Origin: an uncultured delta proteobacterium
GTDB lineage: Bacteria > Desulfobacterota > Desulfuromonadia > Desulfuromonadales > JACZKF01
DNA: 64,000 nucleotides
Assembly: GCA_963816395.1 (NCBI GenBank)
Contig: CAWFKQ010000005.1
Span: 96,001-160,000, forward strand
Reading direction: 5' to 3'
The notes under the pieces were generated by a model. That model made no database searches, had not been told where the DNA came from, and saw only the letters and a program-made list of their open reading frames with translations. The position numbers and the translations under genes are program-made. The first letter of the stretch is position 1; the number at the start of each line of letters is the position of its first letter. Below, one piece after another: positions 56,804 through 64,000 of this stretch.

Positions 56804-59800
56804 CTAATTCCCCCCCACCCGCGCCAGGTCCCGGGCGTTGGCTTCGAAGGCGGCTTCGAGCGCCTCGTCGCCGGACAGGCCGGCTTCGCGGGCGCGGGCA
56901 ATGGCGGCGAGCATGCGCTGGTAATCCCGGGGCATGACGCGGACAAAACGCTGCAGGTTGGCTTCCCATCCCGCCAGGATGGCGTCCGCCAGGTTCGAGC
57001 CGGTCAACTTCCGGTGCTTTTCAATCAGCTCGCGCACTTCGGCGCATTCCGCCGGGTCGCTCAGCTGCTCCAGTTCAACCATGGCCGTGTTGCACAGCGC
57101 CGGGAAGTCTCCGGCCGCATTGTAGACGTAGGCTATCCCCCCGGACATGCCAGCGGCAAAATTGCGCCCGGTCGGTCCGAGAATGATCACCCGGCCGCCC
57201 GTCATGTACTCGCAGCCGTGATCTCCCACCGCCTCCACCACGGCCGTCAACCCCGAGTTGCGCACGCAGAATCGCTCTCCCGCCATGCCGCGGATGAAGG
57301 CCTCGCCGGCGGTGGCGCCATAGAAGGCGACATTGCCGACGATGATGTTCTTCTGCGGATCGAAGGAAGAACTGCGCGGCGGCACCACGATGATTTTCCC
57401 GCCGGCCAGCCCCTTGCCGCAGTAATCGTTGGCGTCCCCCTCGATGAGGAAGGTCAGCCCGCGGGGGGTGAAGGCGGCAAAGCTCTGGCCGGCCGAGCCG
57501 TTGAACTTGAGGCGGATGGTATCCTCCGGCAGCCCTTCGGCGCCGTAGCGGCGGGTCACCTCGCTGCCGAGCAGGGTGCCGGTCACCCGGTTGACGTTGC
57601 GCAGGGGCAGGGTGGCATGCACCGGCCGCCCTTCCTCCAGGGCCGGCTCGCAGAGTTTCAGCAGAACGGTGCGGTCGAGGGAGCGGTCCAGCCCGTGCTC
57701 CTGGCGGGAGCGGCAGGTGGCACCGGTTTCAGGGCCGACCGCCGGCCGGTAAAGAATCTTGGAAAAATCGAGGCTGCGCGCCTTCCAATGGTCGATCCCC
57801 GGCCGCATCTCCAGCCGATCGCAGCGCCCGACCATCTCCTCGAAGGTGCGGAAACCGAGCCTGGCCATCCATTCGCGCACCTCCCGGGCGACGAAGCGGA
57901 AGTAGTTGACCACGTGATCGGGATCGCCGCGGAACCGGTGGCGCAGCCGGGGGTCCTGGGTAGCGACGCCGACCGGGCAGGTGTTCAGGTGGCAGGCGCG
58001 CATCATGATGCAGCCGAGGACGACCAGCGGTATGGTGGCGAAGCCGAACTCCTCGGCCCCGAGCAGGGCGGCGAGGACGACGTCCCGGCCGGTTTTGAGC
58101 TGACCGTCGGTTTCTACTGTGATGCGGTCGCGCAGCCCGTTGAGAAGCAGCGTCTGGTGGGTCTCGGCGAGCCCCAGTTCCCACGGCAGCCCCGAATGGT
58201 GGATGCTGGTCAGGGGCGAGGCGCCGGTGCCGCCGTCGTGTCCGGAGATCAGCACCACATCGGCCTTGGCCTTGGCCACGCCGGCGGCGATGGTGCCTAC
58301 CCCGACCTCGGCGACCAGCTTGACGCTGATGCGCGCCTCATGGTTGGCATTCTTCAGGTCATGGATCAACTCCGCCAGGTCCTCGATGGAGTAGATATCG
58401 TGGTGCGGCGGCGGCGAAATGAGGCCGACGCCGGGGGTCGAGTGGCGGACCCGGGCGATGGGCGGGTAGACCTTCTCGCCGGGCAGTTGTCCCCCCTCCC
58501 CCGGTTTGGCTCCCTGAGCCATCTTGATCTGCAGTTCCCGGGCGTTGACCAGGTAAAAGCTGGTGACGCCGAAGCGGCCGGAAGCCACCTGCTTGATGGC
58601 GCTGTTGCGGCTGTCCCCGCTGCGGTCCGAAACATAGCGGGCGGGGTCCTCCCCTCCCTCGCCGGTGTTCGATTTGCCGCCGAGGCGATTCATGGCGATA
58701 GCGAGTGCCTCGTGCGCTTCCCTGCTGATCGAACCGTAGGACATGGCGCCGGACTTGAAACGGCGGACGATCGCCTCTATCGACTCCACCTCTTCCAGCG
58801 GTATCGGCTGTGCCGCGGTTTTGAATTCGAGCAGGCCGCGCAGGCTCCACATCTGCCGCGTCGGGTCGTCGACTCGGGCGGAAAACTCCTTGAACAGCCG
58901 GTAATCCCCTCGGCGGGCGGCCTCCTGCACCAGGTGGATGGTCATCGGCCCGATCTGGTGGAATTCCCCGCCCTGACGCCATTGATGCCGGCCGCCGGAG
59001 GCCAGCCCCTCGGCGGGGTCGCGGCGAGACGCGAAGGCGTGCCGGTGGCGGCGCAGGACTTCCTCGGCGAGGACCTCGATGCCGATCCCTCCCAGCCGCG
59101 ACGAGGTCCGGGTGAAATACCGGTCGACGATCTCCTGGCTCAGCCCCACCGCCTCGAATATCTGGGCGCCGCGGTAGCTCTGGATGGTGGAAATCCCCAT
59201 TTTGGCCATCGTCTTGACCACCCCCTTGGTGAGGGCCTGGAGATAGTTCCGCGCCGCCGCCGGCCGATCGACTCCGGCAAGCAGGCCCCGGGCGATCATG
59301 TCATCGAGGGTTTCCAGGGCCAGGTAAGGGTTGACGGCTCCGGCGCCGTAGCCGATGAGCAGAGCGCACTGGTGGACGTCGCGCGGCTCGGCCGATTCGA
59401 GCACCAGGCCGGCCAGGGTGCGCGTGCCCCGGCGGATCAGGTGGTGGTGCAGGCCGGCGACCGCCAGCAGCGCCGGCAGCGGCGCCTGCTCGGCGCCGAC
59501 TCCCCGGTCGGAGAGAATGAGCAGGGAGGCGCCTTCGGCAAGGGCCGCGTCGGCCCGGCGGCACAGCTCGGCGAAGGCCTCCTCCAGACCGGCGGCGCCG
59601 TCGGCGGCGGCAAAGAGGATCGGCAGGGTGACGGCACGCAGCCCCGGCCGATCGATCCGGCGCAGCTTCTGCAGCGCATCATTATCGATGACCGGGGACT
59701 GGAGTTTGACTTGTCGGCAGGACTCCGGCTCGGGATGGATCAGGTTGCGCTCCGCCCCCAGAGTCGTTCCGGTGGAAGTGATGATCTCTTCACGAATGCT

Positions 59801-61405
59801 GTCGATCGGCGGGTTGGTAACCTGGGCAAAGAGCTGCTTGAAGTAGGCGGAGAGGAGCTGCGGCTGTTCCGAGAGGACGGCCAGGGGCGCGTCGTTGCCC
59901 ATTGAGCCGACCGCCTCGACGCCGTTGGCGGCCATCGGCGCCAGCACCGAGCGCAGATCCTCGAAGGTGTAGCCGAAAGTCTGCTGCCGCTGCAGCAGCG
60001 ATGCCGCCTCGACGGCGGGAGCGTACTGCACGGCCGGCAGCTCTTCCAGCCGCACCAGATGCCGGTCGAGCCATTGCCGGTAGGGATGGGCGCTGACGAT
60101 CTGCGCCTTGATCTCCTCGTCGGGGACGATACGCCCCTGATCCGTGTCGACCAGGAACATTTTGCCAGGCTGCAGCCGCCCCTTGCTGGCGATGCGGTTG
60201 GGGGCAATGGGGAGCACGCCCGCCTCGGAAGCGAGAATGACCAGATCGTCTCTGGTGACGTAGTAGCGGGAGGGTCGCAGGCCGTTGCGATCGAGCACGG
60301 CACCGATGCGTACGCCGTCGGTGAAGGCGATGGCGGCCGGACCGTCCCACGGCTCCATAAGGCAGGCGTGGTATTCGTAGAAAGCCTTCTTTTCGTCGCT
60401 CATCTGCCGGTGCCTGGACCATGGCTCGGGGATCATCATCATCACCGCGTGCGGCAGGGAGCGTCCAGAGAGGTGAAGAAACTCCAGGCAGTTGTCGAAC
60501 ATCGATGAATCGCTGCCGCTTTCGTCGATAACCGGCAGGATCTTCGCCCAGTCATCGCCCAGCACCCGGCTCGCCAGCAGCGACTGGCGGGCATGCATCC
60601 AGTTGATGTTGCCGCGCAGGGTATTGATCTCGCCGTTGTGGGCGATATAGCGGTAGGGATGGGCGCGCTGCCAGTTGGGGAAGGTGTTGGTGGAAAAGCG
60701 CGAGTGCACCAGCGCCAGGGCGGTGCGGATCTCCGGATTGCGCAGGTCGAGGAAGTACTCGGGCAGCTGCCGCGGCGTGAGCATCCCCTTGTAGACGATG
60801 GTCCGGGCGGAGAAGCTGCAGATGTAGAAGGTTTCCTCCTGCAGCGGCCCGATCGCGCGGACCCGGTTCACCAGGTGCCGGCGGCAGACATAGAGACGGC
60901 GCTCGAAATCGAGGTCGTCCTCGACCCCTCGCGGCCGTTTGACGAATACCTGCCGGATCACCGGCTCCAGATAGCGCGCTCCCTCGCCGAGCATGCTGTT
61001 GTCGGTCGGCACCGTGCGCCAGCCGAGAAAGCCGAAACCGTGCTCACCGACGATCTGTTCGGCCAGCCGCTCACAGCGGTGCCGCTCGACCCGCTCCCGC
61101 GGCAGGTAAAGCATGCCCACCGCATACTGCCCCGGCGGCGGCAGGGCAATGGCCTCCTCGGCGCACTCCTCGCGGAAGAATTCGTCCGGAATCTGCATCA
61201 GGATGCCGGCGCCGTCGCCGCTGTCCGGGTCGCAGCCGACAGCGCCCCGATGCTCCACGTTGGCCAGCACTTCCAATGCCTGCCGCACCAGGTAATGGGA
61301 ACGGACGCCCTTGACGTTGACGACGAACCCGACGCCGCAGGAATCATGTTCGTACCAGGGATCGTAGAGCCCCTGGGGGCGCATGGAGGTCATGAAGGAG
61401 GGCAT
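56804..61405 (-). CDS. gltB: glutamate synthase large subunit
   Basis: [50 protein letters not shown] domain. Confidence 0.98.
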   Translation of the reverse strand: MPSFMTSMRPQGLYDPWYEHDSCGVGFVVNVKGVRSHYLVRQALEVLANVEHRGAVGCDPDSGDGAGILMQIPDEFFREECAEEAIALPPPGQYAVGMLYLPRERVERHRCERLAEQIVGEHGFGFLGWRTVPTDNSMLGEGARYLEPVIRQVFVKRPRGVEDDLDFERRLYVCRRHLVNRVRAIGPLQEETFYICSFSARTIVYKGMLTPRQLPEYFLDLRNPEIRTALALVHSRFSTNTFPNWQRAHPYRYIAHNGEINTLRGNINWMHARQSLLASRVLGDDWAKILPVIDESGSDSSMFDNCLEFLHLSGRSLPHAVMMMIPEPWSRHRQMSDEKKAFYEYHACLMEPWDGPAAIAFTDGVRIGAVLDRNGLRPSRYYVTRDDLVILASEAGVLPIAPNRIASKGRLQPGKMFLVDTDQGRIVPDEEIKAQIVSAHPYRQWLDRHLVRLEELPAVQYAPAVEAASLLQRQQTFGYTFEDLRSVLAPMAANGVEAVGSMGNDAPLAVLSEQPQLLSAYFKQLFAQVTNPPIDSIREEIITSTGTTLGAERNLIHPEPESCRQVKLQSPVIDNDALQKLRRIDRPGLRAVTLPILFAAADGAAGLEEAFAELCRRADAALAEGASLLILSDRGVGAEQAPLPALLAVAGLHHHLIRRGTRTLAGLVLESAEPRDVHQCALLIGYGAGAVNPYLALETLDDMIARGLLAGVDRPAAARNYLQALTKGVVKTMAKMGISTIQSYRGAQIFEAVGLSQEIVDRYFTRTSSRLGGIGIEVLAEEVLRRHRHAFASRRDPAEGLASGGRHQWRQGGEFHQIGPMTIHLVQEAARRGDYRLFKEFSARVDDPTRQMWSLRGLLEFKTAAQPIPLEEVESIEAIVRRFKSGAMSYGSISREAHEALAIAMNRLGGKSNTGEGGEDPARYVSDRSGDSRNSAIKQVASGRFGVTSFYLVNARELQIKMAQGAKPGEGGQLPGEKVYPPIARVRHSTPGVGLISPPPHHDIYSIEDLAELIHDLKNANHEARISVKLVAEVGVGTIAAGVAKAKADVVLISGHDGGTGASPLTSIHHSGLPWELGLAETHQTLLLNGLRDRITVETDGQLKTGRDVVLAALLGAEEFGFATIPLVVLGCIMMRACHLNTCPVGVATQDPRLRHRFRGDPDHVVNYFRFVAREVREWMARLGFRTFEEMVGRCDRLEMRPGIDHWKARSLDFSKILYRPAVGPETGATCRSRQEHGLDRSLDRTVLLKLCEPALEEGRPVHATLPLRNVNRVTGTLLGSEVTRRYGAEGLPEDTIRLKFNGSAGQSFAAFTPRGLTFLIEGDANDYCGKGLAGGKIIVVPPRSSSFDPQKNIIVGNVAFYGATAGEAFIRGMAGERFCVRNSGLTAVVEAVGDHGCEYMTGGRVIILGPTGRNFAAGMSGGIAYVYNAAGDFPALCNTAMVELEQLSDPAECAEVRELIEKHRKLTGSNLADAILAGWEANLQRFVRVMPRDYQRMLAAIARAREAGLSGDEALEAAFEANARDLARVGGN

Positions 61406-61503
61406 GCAGCGGACCTCGTCGGGCGGAAAGCTGAGAGGGCCGGCTGAAGATTAAAAATCGAGGTGAGAATTATAGCATGAAAAATCGTCCACTCCGATAC
61501 ATT

Positions 61504-62820
61504 TTACCTGGTGGAATCGTTCTTCCCCGCCTGCTGCCGAGAGCTACGGGGCGCGGACTTCCTTTCTTCAGGCTCCACCACGATGTTCGGTGGCGACTGG
61601 TCTCCGGTATCGGCATGCAGCGCCTTCCGCAGTTCGCCCCGGGCAACCGCCTTGCGCGTTGCCGACGGCGTCGGCTGCTTCACCTTGCGCTTTGGCTTGA
61701 GATCCGCCCTTCCCTGCTGAGCTTTTCGCTCGGCGAGAACCCCGGCGAGGGTCTCAGGCGGAATGAGGCCATGATTGGCGGCATGCTCCGCCATGGCGAA
61801 GCTGTCGGCGGCGAGCAGCAGGGAGCTGCCGGCTGCCGCCACCTCTTGCGCCAGGTCCTCGATGGCTGCCTGGCGCTGCGGCTCGCGGCTGACGTTGCGG
61901 ATATAGATGGCCAGCACTCGCCCGGGGTTCTCCCGCACCACCTGGGCGTAGATTTCGGGGTCGCGCTGGCCGCTGTCGCCGATCAGGACGAACGGCAGCT
62001 CGGCGTAAAGCGCCAGCATCTGGCGGATCAGAGCGAGTTTATGCCCCCTGGCCCGCCGCGGGAACGGGTGGCGCAGGGTCAGGCCCCATTCCCGCAGGAA
62101 GAGGATCGGGCCGACGGGGATGGCGTGCCGGTGGAAGAACTCATCGAGGACCTCGTAAATGCCCCAGGGACCGCGCGACACGTAGAGCAGCGGGTTGCGG
62201 CGCAGGCCGCCGGAGTCGCGATGCAGCGCTCGGTAGAAGGCGGCCACGCCCGGGAAAGCGACCCGGCTGCGGGCGCCCTGGACGAAGAGGCGCCAGAGCA
62301 TCTTCACCTTGCCGGCGACGCCGGTGAAGATCACCGTATCGTCGATATCGCTGATCACCACGAAGCGGGCGCCTTCCGGCGGCACGAAGAATTCCCCTTC
62401 GGCCCCCGCGCCGGCGGCGGGGGTGACCAGTTCCAGTTCCATCCGGTGCCAGAGACGGTCCGGCGGCGGCGCCTGGGCCGGCTGCAGCCGGATCCGGAAA
62501 TAGCCGTCCTGGTCCGTGAAAACCCGCTGCTGCGCGGCGCCGAAGCGGGCGTCCAGGGAGGCGCCGGCAACCCCCCTCCGCAGAAGCCGCCGCCCCAAAT
62601 CGGCCAGGTCGCGGCCGAGCGGCCCCAGTCGCCGGAGAGAACCGGTCCCCTGGCGCAAGACCCGTCCCATGAGGAAAATTTCCCGCCGCGAACCATAGCC
62701 GCGGTACGGCAGAATGACCAGACCGCCGCGGCCGTGGCCGATCCGCACCGGCCGGGCCAGCAGGCGCAGGAGCCGGCGGCCGGCCCGGCCGATTTCCTTC
62801 AGCTTTGCGGAAATGCGCAT
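61504..62820 (-). CDS. App1-family (DUF2183) phosphatidate phosphatase-like protein
   Basis: VISDIDDTV, YVSRGPW, LIGDSGQRDPEIY, AIYIR. Confidence 0.88.
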   Translation of the reverse strand: MRISAKLKEIGRAGRRLLRLLARPVRIGHGRGGLVILPYRGYGSRREIFLMGRVLRQGTGSLRRLGPLGRDLADLGRRLLRRGVAGASLDARFGAAQQRVFTDQDGYFRIRLQPAQAPPPDRLWHRMELELVTPAAGAGAEGEFFVPPEGARFVVISDIDDTVIFTGVAGKVKMLWRLFVQGARSRVAFPGVAAFYRALHRDSGGLRRNPLLYVSRGPWGIYEVLDEFFHRHAIPVGPILFLREWGLTLRHPFPRRARGHKLALIRQMLALYAELPFVLIGDSGQRDPEIYAQVVRENPGRVLAIYIRNVSREPQRQAAIEDLAQEVAAAGSSLLLAADSFAMAEHAANHGLIPPETLAGVLAERKAQQGRADLKPKRKVKQPTPSATRKAVARGELRKALHADTGDQSPPNIVVEPEERKSAPRSSRQQAGKNDSTR

Positions 62821-62894
62821 GGAAGCCCCCGTCTGACAGGGAGAAAGTCTAACAGATTGCCGGAGTTGCGCCCCGTATCCACTTTCGCAAGCAA

Positions 62895-62955
62895 CAAAGA
62901 AAAGCGGCCAGTCCGCTCGGCCCTTGTAAAGTAAGGGAGAGCGGCTGGCCGCTGG
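62895..62955 (-). terminator. intrinsic terminator after enolase-superfamily gene
   Basis: Minus strand gcggccagccgctc...gagcggactggccgc followed by ttttcttt. Confidence 0.65.
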
Positions 62956-63012
62956 TCAAAATAGTAGGGATTGAACTTGGATGCCGGTTCCTATGCAACC
63001 GGTCTCAGTCCG

Positions 63013-64000
63013 TCAACTGCTCAGCGCCTGCATTTCGCGGTATAGATCGGCTTTCCCCTCGAAGCCGATCCCCGGCAGGTCGGGCATGGTGATGTGGCCG
63101 TCCTCGACCTGGACTCCATCCGGGAAGCCGCCATACGGCTGAAACAGGTCGGGATACGACTCATTGCCGCCGAGGCCCAGGCCGGCGGCGATGTTCAGGG
63201 ACATCTGATGCCCGCCGTGCGGGACGCAGCGGCTCGGGGACCAGCCGTACTCGCTCAGCATGTCCAGGGTGCGCAGATATTCGACCAGGCCGTAGCTCAG
63301 GGCGCAGTCGAACTGCAGCCAGTCGCGGTCGGGGCGCATGCCGCCGTAGCGGATCAGGTTGCGGGCATCCTGCATCGAGAAGAGGTTCTCGCCGGTGGCC
63401 ATGCTCCCCTGGTAATGCTTGGCCAGTTCCGCCTGCAGCTGGTAATCGAGCGGGTCCCCGGCTTCCTCATACCAGAAAAGGTCATATTCCGAGAGCGCCC
63501 TGGCGTAGGCGACGGCGGTTTCGAGATCGAAACGGCCATTGGCGTCCACCGCCAGTCTCTGGCCGGGCTGCAAAATACTCAGCACCGCCTCGATGCGGCG
63601 GCGGTCCTCGTCAAGCGGGGCGCCGCCGATCTTCATCTTGACCACCGTGTAGCCGCGGCCGGTGTAGCTCAGCATTTCCTGCTTCAGCGCTTCCAGGTCC
63701 TTACCGGGGTAGTAGTAGCCGCCGGCCGCATAGACGAAGACGCGCCGGCTCGGCCGGCCGTCGCCGTAACGGTCGGCAAGGAGTTGGAAGAGGGGCTTGC
63801 CGGCGATCTTGGCGACGGCATCCCAGACAGCCATGTCGATGGTGCCGACCGCCACCGAACGTTCGCCATGGCCGCCCGGTTTCTCGTTGGTCATCATGCG
63901 CGCCCAGATCTTGTGCGGGTCGAGATTGTCGCCCTGATCGTTGATGAGGGATTGCGGGTCGGCCTCCATGAGGCGCGGACGGAAGCGTTCGCGGATCAGG
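63013..64000 (-). CDS. mandelate racemase/MLE family enzyme, D-tartrate dehydratase-like (N-terminus beyond the window)
   Basis: NEKPGGHGERSVAVG, YAAGGYY, KMKIG, VDAN, WYEE, TGEN, PHGGH. Confidence 0.85.
   Translation of the reverse strand, partial: LIRERFRPRLMEADPQSLINDQGDNLDPHKIWARMMTNEKPGGHGERSVAVGTIDMAVWDAVAKIAGKPLFQLLADRYGDGRPSRRVFVYAAGGYYYPGKDLEALKQEMLSYTGRGYTVVKMKIGGAPLDEDRRRIEAVLSILQPGQRLAVDANGRFDLETAVAYARALSEYDLFWYEEAGDPLDYQLQAELAKHYQGSMATGENLFSMQDARNLIRYGGMRPDRDWLQFDCALSYGLVEYLRTLDMLSEYGWSPSRCVPHGGHQMSLNIAAGLGLGGNESYPDLFQPYGGFPDGVQVEDGHITMPDLPGIGFEGKADLYREMQALSS

Noticed and set aside
56117..59905. 1262-aa + strand ORF
   Set aside because: Antisense shadow of gltB/gltD caused by high GC; no recognisable motifs.

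Overview
GC-rich bacterial chromosome window. Gene content and style suggest a Desulfuromonadales-type deltaproteobacterium (inference). Core genes: lepA-lepB, pyrR-pyrB-pyrC-carA-carB with a PyrR attenuator, greA, recG, yciH, tRNA-Pro(GGG), paaK, ppx, Na/Pi symporter, ihfB, bioB-bioD-bioA with a BirA operator, exeA/exeB and gltB/gltD. These are interleaved with poorly characterised accessory genes. About 20 otherwise conserved genes carry single-base indels, most likely long-read assembly errors. Best leads: (1) a rhodanese-like selenoprotein (C-A-U with a SECIS-like hairpin) cut short by the ORF track; (2) a four-gene PrkA-DUF444(vWA)-SpoVR-PrkA operon with two divergent AAA+ paralogs, converging on a soluble diadenylate cyclase; (3) a small protein/J-domain/HEAT-repeat operon; (4) an orphan sigma70 transcript with a 34-aa hydrophobic peptide opposite tRNA-Pro; (5) a cluster of a Zn-finger-less DksA, an uncalled 52-aa lipoprotein, PRC-barrel, DUF2188 and a Qng1-like queuosine salvage gene; (6) twin XRE-cupin regulators with near-identical HTHs; (7) a family of 7-nt-period inverted intergenic repeats. 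No CRISPR array, rRNA, transposase or integrase was seen. All family calls are by eye from motifs; no database searches were run.
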